Virus record (IMG/VR): IMGVR_UViG_3300025141_000042
Coordinates: 36,292-100,291 of that record
Length of the DNA stretch: 64,000 bases
Origin: a virus
Direction: 5' to 3' (one strand)
Shown: piece after piece, positions 18,129 through 27,393 of the stretch
Layout: the number at the start of each line of letters is the position of its first letter
Position numbering within the stretch: the stretch's first letter is position 1
The notes under the pieces: model-generated
Seen by the model: only the letters and a program-made list of their open reading frames with translations
What the model was told of the DNA's origin: nothing
Database searches by the model: none
Made by a program: the position numbers and the translations under genes

Positions 18129-18793
18129 TTGATGTCGCTGTTTGGGGCACCGAGGATATCGTCTACCAGTCCATATTTCAAGCATGTTTTCGCGTCAAAC
18201 CACAAATCGTGCTTAAGAATATCTGACAACTGCTTCTTCGGAATCTTGGCATGCCTCTCGTATATGAGTTTTATTCTCCCCATGAGTGTGTCACTGTTTT
18301 TCATATCGTCCTTCAGTTCCTCATACTTTCCCCACATACCAGATGAAAGTTGGTGGATAAGCATATAGGAATTCTCTCTGATATATCTCTCTGTGGCGAC
18401 CACGCTCATCATGGTAGCAGCAGATGCTGCACACCCCTCAACGATAGAGTGGACCGGCGCAGGTACCGAGATAATAGTATCGACCGTAGACAGACCAGCA
18501 AAGACACTTCCACCGTAAGAGTTGATATGAAGTTTAACGGGCGGAGGCGAGATTCCATAACTCTGAGAAGTGGTTACCATCGAATTGGCAATCTCCTGAA
18601 TATTCTTATTTAAGGAAAGACACTCAGTTCTTGTTACCTCCGAATAGAAGTAGATCCTATTCGATGAAGTTGTGACTTGGTTCTCGGTACCCTCATCAGT
18701 GCCCGAGGGCGTAGATGGCGCGGTGGCATGGGTAATATCTTTCCCCCAGTGGGCGAGGGCGCCGGCATTATATTTCAACATAAAATTACTCAC
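18125..18793 (-). CDS. clpP: ClpP-family protease subunit
   Basis: INSYGGSV, GCAASAA (catalytic Ser), MLIHQ (His), HDLWF (Asp). Confidence 0.88.
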   Translation of the reverse strand: MSNFMLKYNAGALAHWGKDITHATAPSTPSGTDEGTENQVTTSSNRIYFYSEVTRTECLSLNKNIQEIANSMVTTSQSYGISPPPVKLHINSYGGSVFAGLSTVDTIISVPAPVHSIVEGCAASAATMMSVVATERYIRENSYMLIHQLSSGMWGKYEELKDDMKNSDTLMGRIKLIYERHAKIPKKQLSDILKHDLWFDAKTCLKYGLVDDILGAPNSDIK

Positions 18794-19047
18794 TTTTCCT
18801 CCATGGTGCTCTCAACGACTGAGATTGCAGTATCCCAACAGTTTGGACAATAAAGTCTTACAAGGCCTTCGTCGTTTCGAACGACGACTCTCCAGGACTT
18901 TACCATCTCTTTATCTTTCTTATCGAAGTCTTCCAAACAAGCACTACACTCGTCAGGGAGACGATCAAACATATTCATTTTTTTCTGTAAATCTTTTTTT
19001 GCTCTTTTAGCGCTGGAAGAAATAGTCTTTTTTATTTTCTTCGGCAT
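18790..19047 (-). CDS. zinc-finger protein
   Basis: CSAC...CPNC. Confidence 0.65.
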   Translation of the reverse strand: MPKKIKKTISSSAKRAKKDLQKKMNMFDRLPDECSACLEDFDKKDKEMVKSWRVVVRNDEGLVRLYCPNCWDTAISVVESTMEEK

Positions 19048-19645
19048 AATTCAAATCCATCAATCTAAGGGTTTCGTTAACGTGCTTAATGAAAGTAGTG
19101 TGTTCTTTTTCCCACCCCTTGTACTTCGGTCCTTCGTGGTCCGGATCTCCGTGCTGACCTGGGTTTGCTGCTCGGATGCTGGCATGGACCAACTCGTGCA
19201 CGAAAGAAGTATCATAAATTTTTGTTGTAAATGCTCTTCTCACAATTATATAATCTTTCGACCTGGTGAGTCCGGAGGCCACGCCACTTTCAATAAAAGT
19301 CCCATCAACCGAGTACCCTCTCTCAAATGGCATCAAGTCTTCTCTCCACTCAATCATGATGTTGTTCAGGTTCTCGTAAGCGGCATCTGCGCGGTCGCCA
19401 AATGTCTCGTACCAAGATACATAGAAAACCTGAAGGGCCACGGATACTTCTCCTGGGTCTGGGAAATTGCATTGTTCCTGTTTCTGATAGGCATATTTCC
19501 ACCCAGGTATTCTCGTCAGTTCGTTCTTAGAGACGCAATCATGCTGGTCTTCCTGAGATGCTGGAAGGCGAACGGTGAGGCATCCGAAGGCAACAGAGAT
19601 GCCAAGCACGATACAAACCACAGGAACGAATAACCTCCAAAACAT
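19007..19645 (-). CDS. lipoprotein zincin-like metallopeptidase
   Basis: Signal with AFGC lipobox-like site; FVHELVH...DH; ACTAGTTA motif 6 nt upstream. Confidence 0.65.
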   Translation of the reverse strand: MFWRLFVPVVCIVLGISVAFGCLTVRLPASQEDQHDCVSKNELTRIPGWKYAYQKQEQCNFPDPGEVSVALQVFYVSWYETFGDRADAAYENLNNIMIEWREDLMPFERGYSVDGTFIESGVASGLTRSKDYIIVRRAFTTKIYDTSFVHELVHASIRAANPGQHGDPDHEGPKYKGWEKEHTTFIKHVNETLRLMDLNYAEENKKDYFFQR

Positions 19646-19663
19646 CAAAAATAACTAGTGGTG

Positions 19664-20143
19664 CTATCTCTCTATTGACGAAATCAGAGGGTTTTCGCCC
19701 ATTGAGTTCCACCCAAAGATGATTACTGCGGACGGAAACGGTGCTCCGGCCTTTGCAGCACCAAATTTTAATCTGCCCTTCACAAAGAAGATCTGCGATG
19801 CTCTCATACAATATTCGTGCCAATATGATGTATCGGTTCGAGCAGGGATGAGCATCACAACAGTGGTCTTATCCTTGCGGGATTCCTCATACCCTTTCTT
19901 TATCCACTTCTTTATATCCCTGCCATAAGGAGGGTTAACGAAGACCGTTTTGCATGGGCCCCAGTTCTTAGAAAGTCCATCATCTTCCTCCGTGTAGAAG
20001 GTTTTACATTTGGTTGTCTCGGCTGTGGCACATGGATCCAAATCAAAGTTGAAGTCTCTATCCAACTTGTCAAAGAAATCCTGGGGTGTTTCCCAACTCA
20101 TCTCTTTACTGCTAAACATTAATTTCTTTGTGTGGTTGTTCAT
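19664..20143 (-). CDS. phage DNA N6-adenine methyltransferase (Dam_phage-type)
   Basis: WETP, FDLDPCA, FVNPPY, PARTDT, GRLKF, APFPS. Confidence 0.92.
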   Translation of the reverse strand: MNNHTKKLMFSSKEMSWETPQDFFDKLDRDFNFDLDPCATAETTKCKTFYTEEDDGLSKNWGPCKTVFVNPPYGRDIKKWIKKGYEESRKDKTTVVMLIPARTDTSYWHEYCMRASQIFFVKGRLKFGAAKAGAPFPSAVIIFGWNSMGENPLISSIER

Positions 20144-20250
20144 TCTTGTTTTTCCTTGTTTGCCCTATGGCCCACAAACACTGCCCAAGAAAAGGCAGCG
20201 ATGGCGAACCACGGCAGAAGAGTCTCGATTGTCGCGAGCAGAGATTCCAT
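20140..20250 (-). CDS. small single-TM protein
   Basis: MESLLATIETLLPWFAIAAFSWAVFVGHRANKEKQE. Confidence 0.4.
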   Translation of the reverse strand: MESLLATIETLLPWFAIAAFSWAVFVGHRANKEKQE

Positions 20251-20257
20251 TACCCAA

Positions 20258-20395
20258 TCACTCGCCAGCATCATCAAACTCGGCACACATCTCTTCGCAA
20301 CCCATCGGGGTAGTGAGGAGAGTCGCAACAACAAATCCAGTTATCGAAAGCATAGTGATGAAAAAGACCATGGTAAAATATCTTCTGTAATTCAC
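20258..20395 (-). CDS. small single-TM protein
   Basis: Hand-translated from GTG: MNYRRYFTMVFFITMLSITGFVVATLLTTPMGCEEMCAEFDDAGE; GGAG SD. Confidence 0.4.
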   Translation of the reverse strand: MNYRRYFTMVFFITMLSITGFVVATLLTTPMGCEEMCAEFDDAGE

Positions 20396-20928
20396 GGACT
20401 CCACTCCCCTTCGAAGTCAAAGCACATATCAGCATAACGCGGAAGCGATGCCTTCAGATCCTTGGGCGACTTCTTGTCGGTACTTCCCAGTGCGCCGTCT
20501 TTACGATCACTCATAGCAATGGGGTAGTATCCGTAGAGATCATCCTCATTCTTCTCGAATGCCTTGAAATGAACCACAGGGAACAAAATAACCTGGGCAA
20601 TCTTATCGCCGGGATTGATAGTCTGATTTTCGGACCCTACATTGTGGAGGTTTACAAACACTTCGCCATCGTAACCTGGATCGATTACGCATGCCCCAAC
20701 AAGTAAACTCTTCTTTGATGCATTGCCTGAACGATTCTTTACCTCCAGGCAGTATCCGTGTGGTACGCCAAACTTATAGCCCGTCTGGAAGAGGCGACTC
20801 TGGCGTGGGGCAATGAGGATCGGTTCATTATCGGCAGGGTTGAAATACATGTCCAATCCTGCGTCGCTTGGGTTTGACCGCGTGGGCGGAACAACATTCT
20901 TTCTAACTCTTGTAAATTCTAGAATCAT
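20392..20928 (-). CDS. dut: trimeric dUTPase
   Basis: DAGLD, NRSG, VIDPGYDGE, KIAQ, RKDGALGST. Confidence 0.95.
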   Translation of the reverse strand: MILEFTRVRKNVVPPTRSNPSDAGLDMYFNPADNEPILIAPRQSRLFQTGYKFGVPHGYCLEVKNRSGNASKKSLLVGACVIDPGYDGEVFVNLHNVGSENQTINPGDKIAQVILFPVVHFKAFEKNEDDLYGYYPIAMSDRKDGALGSTDKKSPKDLKASLPRYADMCFDFEGEWSP

Positions 20929-20929
20929 A

Positions 20930-21103
20930 TTATCCTCTCGATGAGTAAAATGGAATCTGCTTGGGAACGATGCTTACTCTATCCCCCTTAATGTCCACCT
21001 TAAATTCAGTTTCGCTATATGACCTCAAATCGCCGTCACAATCAATGACTGTGAAATCATCTTCTCTTCCGTTAGGATCTCTTACTAGTTCCATTTTAAT
21101 CAT
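20930..21103 (-). CDS. hypothetical protein
   Basis: Strong GGAGAGAGAGG SD before ATG at 21103. Confidence 0.5.
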   Translation of the reverse strand: MIKMELVRDPNGREDDFTVIDCDGDLRSYSETEFKVDIKGDRVSIVPKQIPFYSSRG

Positions 21104-21113
21104 CCTCTCTCTC

Positions 21114-21281
21114 CTATTGATCAATATGAATTAACATATCTGGAAATGCAACATTTTGCGTATCGACGCAACCGGCATCGCCTGCGTCACTAGTACCACC
21201 GTCTAGGTCGGCACATCTCATTCTACCATCTTCAATACATCCTGTCAAGGATAAAAGAACTGCAACTATAACTTTTTTCAT
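21114..21281 (-). CDS. small lipoprotein with DGG/DAG motifs (55 aa)
   Basis: Hand-translated MKKVIVAVLLSLTGCIEDGRMRCADLDGGTSDAGDAGCVDTQNVAFPDMLIHIDQ; LTGC lipobox; GAGGAG SD. Confidence 0.65.
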   Translation of the reverse strand: MKKVIVAVLLSLTGCIEDGRMRCADLDGGTSDAGDAGCVDTQNVAFPDMLIHIDQ

Positions 21282-22303
21282 AACTTACTCTCCTCATTTG
21301 TTTGTTTGTTGATTCCCTCAAAAATATGTGATATAACATCGACTGTCCATCCGTTGCCGGTCATCTTGTATCTCATGCCGCTGGTTATTCCCTCTACCTC
21401 TGTGTAGTTGTCTGGGATGGTCTGCAATCTCTCTGCTTCTAGGGGGTTTACTTTTCTTATATCTTTCCCGTCAAAAACATGGGGGTGAGATGACACAGTT
21501 ATAATTTCAGACTTATGTCTTCCTTCGCCTATGCGGCCTATTCTCTGAATCTTAAGTTTGTCAGGGCGCATAACCAGAATTCGACCCTGCGTGTCTCTGC
21601 GCCAGCAGAAGCTTTTCTTGGGATCGGGCGAGTGGCGATATTTAGATGATTCCAAGAGAGGGATCAACTTTTGCAACACCCTCTGATCGGACATTACCTC
21701 TTCGCCATAATAGGGTTCCATAATGTCTCTAAGGAGTACGCCCCCTCTGTCTGTGTCGATCCCTTCTTTATCGAAGGGGATATTTGTCCAGTACAGTCTC
21801 TGCCTGCTTTGGGCTGAGAAGTTTTTACTGTCTATCTTCTGAGGTTCTACACCAAGTTGATCGGAGATTATATCCTGGAACTCTTTCTTCATCTTGACAT
21901 TCTCAAAGAGGAAATACTTTGGTTCTGTTTCCTTCAGGAGTCTTACGAACTCAAAGAACAATTTACTTCGCGGATCATCCAAGTTAAGTCGCGGGGGGAG
22001 CTGCGGGAGTTTCTCCGCCTCAGAGTCCTCCGAGTTCTTCTTCGAGTTTGTCTGTGCTTTGTTGGCAGAGAAACTGAAACCTTGACATGGACTTCCGCCC
22101 ATGAGCAAATCAATCTGGGGAAGTTCCGAACCCTTGACTTCGAGAACATCGCCGATGTGAATCGTATCGGGGAAATTATGCCGCGTTACCTTTTCTGCGT
22201 TCTTATCAATTTCACTAGCAAAGTATTTATCTACCCTTATCCCTGCTCTGTTTAAAGCAATTTGACCGCAACTTATGCCATCAAACAAACTAAGTACATT
22301 CAT
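21278..22303 (-). CDS. DNA (cytosine-5) methyltransferase
   Basis: SLFDGI, GGSPCQ, FENV, QSRQRLYW, ERLQT, GNGW. Confidence 0.95.
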   Translation of the reverse strand: MNVLSLFDGISCGQIALNRAGIRVDKYFASEIDKNAEKVTRHNFPDTIHIGDVLEVKGSELPQIDLLMGGSPCQGFSFSANKAQTNSKKNSEDSEAEKLPQLPPRLNLDDPRSKLFFEFVRLLKETEPKYFLFENVKMKKEFQDIISDQLGVEPQKIDSKNFSAQSRQRLYWTNIPFDKEGIDTDRGGVLLRDIMEPYYGEEVMSDQRVLQKLIPLLESSKYRHSPDPKKSFCWRRDTQGRILVMRPDKLKIQRIGRIGEGRHKSEIITVSSHPHVFDGKDIRKVNPLEAERLQTIPDNYTEVEGITSGMRYKMTGNGWTVDVISHIFEGINKQTNEESKL

Positions 22304-22330
22304 CTAACCTTCTCCTTTATGGTGAGATAT

Positions 22331-22358
22331 ATTCTAACACAATAAAAATCTATGTCAA
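22331..22358 (-). promoter_or_regulatory. sigma70 promoter for C5 methyltransferase operon
   Basis: TTGACA-16nt-TAGAAT with extended -10 TG. Confidence 0.7.
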
Positions 22359-22370
22359 GTATAAAGTGGA

Positions 22371-22898
22371 TTATTTTTCGCTAAAAGAAGTATTGGTTGC
22401 ATGAAATGAATCGATAATGTCCCTAAACTCATCCATCCCTGACCGATTAGACTTCTTCTTCGTCAACTTCTTAACCAACTCGGAACTGCTCTGCACTTTG
22501 CGGCCGCCGATGGCAAACACCATTTCGATGCCGACTTCATCACACACTTCTCGCTCGCGTTGACATATCGACTCCTCATCGATGGTGCCGCCGTTGGCAA
22601 AATAATCTGGTTCTACTTTTCGCAGAGTGTTCGCAACGGTGCCATCGGCATCATCAGCAACAACAACACGGGCGACTTTCTTGATGCTCTTGAGGAGTTC
22701 AATTCGCTCCTCAAGAGTCATGAAATAGTATCCCTTTTTATCCAAGAGCCACTGGTCAGTATTCAGGATGACCACGACTCGACCATACTTGGCGGCGGCA
22801 CGGATAAGTTGGAGGTGTCCGATGTGAATCGGATCAAACCCCCCACTAATAGCAACCAGTTTATTTTTTCTCTTCTTCTTACCGGTCATTTGGATCAC
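22371..22898 (-). CDS. cytidylyltransferase-family protein (TagD/RfaE-like)
   Basis: SGGFDPIHIGH, KKG...ER, FANGG, KVQSSS. Confidence 0.88.
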   Translation of the reverse strand: MIQMTGKKKRKNKLVAISGGFDPIHIGHLQLIRAAAKYGRVVVILNTDQWLLDKKGYYFMTLEERIELLKSIKKVARVVVADDADGTVANTLRKVEPDYFANGGTIDEESICQREREVCDEVGIEMVFAIGGRKVQSSSELVKKLTKKKSNRSGMDEFRDIIDSFHATNTSFSEK

Positions 22899-25800
22899 CC
22901 AAGGAGTTTGAAATATCTTGTGATACTGCGAGTTGAGAAACCCCAGACCGGATCATAATCCAGTTTTGCCATGTAGGGGTGATTCGTGTGGATCATATCT
23001 CTGCCCTTCTGGATACCCCAGCACTTAATCGCGGCAGACTCACTGTTCTTATCGATTGCCTCAACGAGCCACCAATCCTTACCATGCTTGGTCTTCTTTG
23101 GGATAACTTTCCTGGGTATGAACCACACTACGCCCAGTCCTTCATCGAATTCGCTGATGGGCGGAACAGCAACCTCTTCCAGTCGGCGCTCCACTTCCTT
23201 GGTCATGACCAGATCGAAAGGAAAGAGACCGGTGAGATCAATAAGATTCTCTAGTTTTTCCTCGGCAGTAAAATCTCCTTCTGGAGCGAATTTCTCGATG
23301 TTCTCCTTAAGGTTCTTTTCCTTCCTGGGTCTGTCGCTTGCAATTGCCATCCAAAAGTGTTTCAGACCTGTGAACCTTTCATCCACCAATGCATTCATTG
23401 CCTGTGATCGAACAAGGGCATCAATGCTCTTCTTGTTTACTTTCGAGTATGACATACGCTCATTGAAGAGGAAATCCTCAACCGTCTTGAATGGGCGGTG
23501 CTCAACGATCTCTTTAATTGCTGCATCCCCTAGACCCTTGACACTGGATAGTGGTTGAATCAACGTCTTTCCATCTTCGCTTATCTCCCATGTAAATCCG
23601 CTCGTGTTTATATCGAGTTTCCTAATTCCGAAACCCATGCTTCGGGCAATGTTAATTGCTTTCTCTTTACGTGCTTCCGGTTCTTTGTCTAGGAATGCTG
23701 CCATCCATTCAGATGGGTAATAGTTTAACAACCACGCACATTGAAACGAGAGAATACTGTAACTCAAGGCATGGGACTTATTGAAACCGTACCCGGAAAA
23801 GTATTCGAAATTATCCCACAACTTCTGTGCTTTATCAGCATGGATATCCTTCTCAAGGCATCCAGTGATGAACTTGTCGTGGATCTTCGTCTTTAATTTG
23901 TCTTTCTGGGAACCCTTCTTTGTGAGGATCTTGCGAAGCATATTCCCTTCGTCCAGACTGAGGTCTTTGCCCAAGCGGTGGGCAAGCAATGCAATCTGTT
24001 CTTGAAAGATCATAAACCCGTAAGTCTCTTTCGTAATCTCTTTCACAATCTTGTGTTCGTATTTGATATTATCCGGACTCTTTTTCGCTGAGATGTAATT
24101 CTTGTCAACCTTGGCAGACAAGGGTCCAGGGCGATAGATGCTTGTAATCGCAGACAGGTCAACAATGTTCTTCGGCTTTACCTGCTTGCAGAATCTCTGG
24201 GCGCCTCCTTCTGTGAATTGGAATATGCCTGCCCAGCGACCCTTCTGGAAGACCCCTTTATACACCTTCTGATCATCCAGGTCAATCACGTTCGGATGGA
24301 GATTCTTTTCGTAAAAATCTTTCACATCACTGAAGGATGGATCTGGATTGTTGTGGTGCCTCTTGAGGATGTGCGTGATTGCCGATTCCATCATGCGCAA
24401 AGATGCTAGACCCAGGATATCAAACTTAATAAACCCCATGGGTTCTAGGTGGCGGACATTCTGACCCTCACTCCATGGAGTCTGCTTGACGCCTCCGCTG
24501 TTAATGATGGGCATATGCCTGTCTAAGTTATCGCCAACAACGACGCCGCCGGCATGGCGCGAACAACTGCGGATTTGACCATAGAGTGCATCAATGTCTG
24601 TGGCGGCCGTCGGGTATTTGCGGAAGAAATCCTGCAAAGTCGGACTGTGCTCCTTTACTTCCTCGAAAGTAGGGATATACATGCCAGCAGACATGCCCTT
24701 CGCCTTCTTGGCAAGCGGTGTGGCCTCTTTCATCATTACGCTGGTTACAATGTTCACCTCTTTAAACGGGATCCCTTGCATCTTACTAATGTCTTTAATA
24801 AGGGACTTAAGTTGGAGGGTGTTCCAGTTGGAAATCGGCACAACTTTATCCTCACCCCACTCTTCGATTAGAACCTCTTTGAGAACCATGGGATCCGAAA
24901 CGTCATAATCTATATCAGGGAAACCTGCGTCTTTCTGGTTTCTCGTCATGAACCGCTCGAACAGCAAGTCATACTTAAGAGGATCTACCTGCGTGATCCC
25001 CAGGACATACGCCACCAAGGAACCGGCGGCACTGCCGCGAGCAGGACCGACCAACTGGCGGGAAGAGGCGATATCAGCAATAGCTTTCATCGTCAGAAAG
25101 TATTGTGAAAAATCATTAATATTAATGACCTCCAACTCCTCAGTCAACCTCTCTACATAAACAGACCTCTTATTGAGACCGGCGGATTTAAGTCCCGCAG
25201 TGGCACACTCCACAAGCGCATCGGCCGGGGTCTTGCCCTCGGGTACCACGAAACTTGGTAATCGTACCGTATTATCTGGTAGAAACCTGGATATTCTGAC
25301 ATGGGCAATGTTATGTGTTTCGGCGATAGAGTCGCGTACCAGATTATCATCGTATTCATATCCGCAATCCTTTGAGTAGGACTTATAAGACTCCCACATC
25401 TCATCCCCGTTTTTGGGGTAAAGTTGGTATGCCATCCCATCAATATCTTCTGGGAGTTCTGAGTTTTCAGTCCCTTTTCCAATCCAACCTAATTGTTTGT
25501 AAACTTCTCTTTGCTTCCAGGATTGGGGGTTCGGGTAGTGACTGTCGGCCGTGCTGATCATCTTCAGATCGAACTCTTTTGCTATCTCAATAATGTGCTT
25601 GTTGAGTTGATGCTGCTCGTCGATCCTGTTCCATTGCAATTCCGCATACCATCTGTCTCCGAAGATATCAACCATCTTCGATGTGGTCGTGCGCATGGCG
25701 TCCCTCACTGCGTCAGGACCGCTGTCACGGTTCTCCCAGAAGTCGCCTGCATAGACGCCGCCGAGACATGCGGATGCTGCTATGACCCCACTGTTGTGCT

Positions 25801-26329
25801 CCTGGAGCATATCATAATCTATCCTAGGGAATCGATAATAATTCCCCTCGCGGTAACTCTTGCTGATCAGGGTAAAGATATTATTCAAACCTTCCTGGTT
25901 CTGTGCCAGGAGGATCAAATGGCGCCGCTTATTCAAGATGCTCTTTATTGCTTTCTTGGTTTCCTGCTCATCTTCGACTGTGGCACCAGAGACATCATCA
26001 TCCAACTTTGCTGACTTCTTCTTGCTCGCTGCCTTCTCTTCTTTGATGCGCTCGTACTCTGAGCGCCACTCTTTAATCGAGGGAATGAAGTATGCTTCGA
26101 CTCCAAAAATGGGTTTAAAATCTTTGCCATCTTGCTCCATCTTCTTGGCATGTAGCACCTGGTATGCCAAACCATTCATGTTCCCATGATCGGTGAGTGC
26201 CAAAGCATCCATGCCATTTTCGTAAGCAAAATCCATGTGTGCTTGTGGGTAACCTAGTCCGTCAAAGACGCTAGCAACAGAGTGGGCATGGAGGCCGACG
26301 AAAGGGATGGAGGAGACTTTTCTTTGCAT
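22895..26329 (-). CDS. dnaE: DNA polymerase III alpha subunit (family C)
   Basis: PHP HAHS/TDHG, RGSAAGS, PDIDYD, RHAGG, KFDILGL, GYGFNKSH; no intein. Confidence 0.96.
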   Translation of the reverse strand: MQRKVSSIPFVGLHAHSVASVFDGLGYPQAHMDFAYENGMDALALTDHGNMNGLAYQVLHAKKMEQDGKDFKPIFGVEAYFIPSIKEWRSEYERIKEEKAASKKKSAKLDDDVSGATVEDEQETKKAIKSILNKRRHLILLAQNQEGLNNIFTLISKSYREGNYYRFPRIDYDMLQEHNSGVIAASACLGGVYAGDFWENRDSGPDAVRDAMRTTTSKMVDIFGDRWYAELQWNRIDEQHQLNKHIIEIAKEFDLKMISTADSHYPNPQSWKQREVYKQLGWIGKGTENSELPEDIDGMAYQLYPKNGDEMWESYKSYSKDCGYEYDDNLVRDSIAETHNIAHVRISRFLPDNTVRLPSFVVPEGKTPADALVECATAGLKSAGLNKRSVYVERLTEELEVININDFSQYFLTMKAIADIASSRQLVGPARGSAAGSLVAYVLGITQVDPLKYDLLFERFMTRNQKDAGFPDIDYDVSDPMVLKEVLIEEWGEDKVVPISNWNTLQLKSLIKDISKMQGIPFKEVNIVTSVMMKEATPLAKKAKGMSAGMYIPTFEEVKEHSPTLQDFFRKYPTAATDIDALYGQIRSCSRHAGGVVVGDNLDRHMPIINSGGVKQTPWSEGQNVRHLEPMGFIKFDILGLASLRMMESAITHILKRHHNNPDPSFSDVKDFYEKNLHPNVIDLDDQKVYKGVFQKGRWAGIFQFTEGGAQRFCKQVKPKNIVDLSAITSIYRPGPLSAKVDKNYISAKKSPDNIKYEHKIVKEITKETYGFMIFQEQIALLAHRLGKDLSLDEGNMLRKILTKKGSQKDKLKTKIHDKFITGCLEKDIHADKAQKLWDNFEYFSGYGFNKSHALSYSILSFQCAWLLNYYPSEWMAAFLDKEPEARKEKAINIARSMGFGIRKLDINTSGFTWEISEDGKTLIQPLSSVKGLGDAAIKEIVEHRPFKTVEDFLFNERMSYSKVNKKSIDALVRSQAMNALVDERFTGLKHFWMAIASDRPRKEKNLKENIEKFAPEGDFTAEEKLENLIDLTGLFPFDLVMTKEVERRLEEVAVPPISEFDEGLGVVWFIPRKVIPKKTKHGKDWWLVEAIDKNSESAAIKCWGIQKGRDMIHTNHPYMAKLDYDPVWGFSTRSITRYFKLLG

Positions 26330-26359
26330 AGATGATCCGTTCGTTAGAGTTCAGGCAAT

Positions 26360-26388
26360 ATAATAGCAGGTCTTAACAGACATGTCAA
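26360..26388 (-). promoter_or_regulatory. sigma70 promoter for dnaE
   Basis: TTGACA-17nt-TATTAT. Confidence 0.75.
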
Positions 26389-26440
26389 GACATTTGTTGT
26401 GTTTTTGTAAGTGCTTGATTTTGCTTAGGTAATCGTCAAC

Positions 26441-27175
26441 TCATCCCAGTTGACGGAAGACCACATCTGGGCGGCCGGACTCATAAGCACCAATTTTGGC
26501 CTTCAGATCATCTGGTATTTCTTCAATAGATTTATATTTCTTCAGTTCATCGGCATATATGCTCGTTCTTGGATCAAAAATATTGACTGCCTCGTATTTC
26601 CAGTCGGAGGGAGCATACTGATCGTTCCATGCCCATGCGTCTGCAACTTTACCAAAACCACTCTTCTTGTAAAAACCGGTTAAGAAACCGTCAAAGTGAT
26701 CTAGTTTCTGACCACCATTGCGAATTGCTGCATCCATCATTTCACGACCGATGCCGCCGATGCCGGAATTGTTGTGGACGCTAACAATATCCCCGTCTTC
26801 TTTGATAGCAAAACCGAGATTGTGTTCCTTCAGTTTGAACAATCTCATGCTTGCCAAATCTTTTTGGGAGTAGGACGTGAGGAAGCCGCCCCTCTTGCCC
26901 GAGTTGAGAGAATCCATGAATCCCTGTGGGTTTTGTTCTTCCCATTCGTCTGCCCTTATCATGCCCAATACAGAATCGTTATCACCGTCTTCACCAATCG
27001 CAAAGACGTTTGCCATCATCTCTTGCTCGGCAGCCATTCTTAGGTAGTCATCCGGCGAACCATTGCCTGGTTCCTGCAATGGCATCTCTTCTTTCTCCAC
27101 AAGAGACTCCGCCAATACGTTCTGTGTGGCCAGTCTCTTATAGTGAGTTCTCCATTTATCCATTATCTGCTTCAT
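26441..27175 (-). CDS. GNAT-like acetyltransferase with N-terminal leader
   Basis: DIVSVHN..GIGGIGREMMDAAI..GG..LDHFDGFLTGFYKKSGF (GNAT motifs A/B). Confidence 0.6.
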   Translation of the reverse strand: MKQIMDKWRTHYKRLATQNVLAESLVEKEEMPLQEPGNGSPDDYLRMAAEQEMMANVFAIGEDGDNDSVLGMIRADEWEEQNPQGFMDSLNSGKRGGFLTSYSQKDLASMRLFKLKEHNLGFAIKEDGDIVSVHNNSGIGGIGREMMDAAIRNGGQKLDHFDGFLTGFYKKSGFGKVADAWAWNDQYAPSDWKYEAVNIFDPRTSIYADELKKYKSIEEIPDDLKAKIGAYESGRPDVVFRQLG

Positions 27176-27371
27176 CGTATAACTCCTTAATGAACTTGTC
27201 GGCCTCGTCCTTCGTTGGGAAACTGGCCAGTGTTAAGATTGTTGGGTTGTATTTGAACAGTGCCCTGGCAATATAGCATTCGCTATCAAACTTTGGATCG
27301 GAGTATTTCTCCGACCACAGAGCAGCAATCTCAGAATCTAAAAGGTAACAACCATCGTGCAATTTTTTCAC
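27156..27371 (-). CDS. hypothetical protein
   Basis: AGGAG SD, GTG start; late motif at 27385-27392. Confidence 0.55.
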   Translation of the reverse strand: MKKLHDGCYLLDSEIAALWSEKYSDPKFDSECYIARALFKYNPTILTLASFPTKDEADKFIKELYDEADNG

Positions 27372-27393
27372 TCTATAACTCCTATAAGTAGAA

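Noticed and set aside
19664-22303. Restriction-modification system
   Set aside because: Both methyltransferases have no adjacent endonuclease; orphan protective methylases are common in phages.
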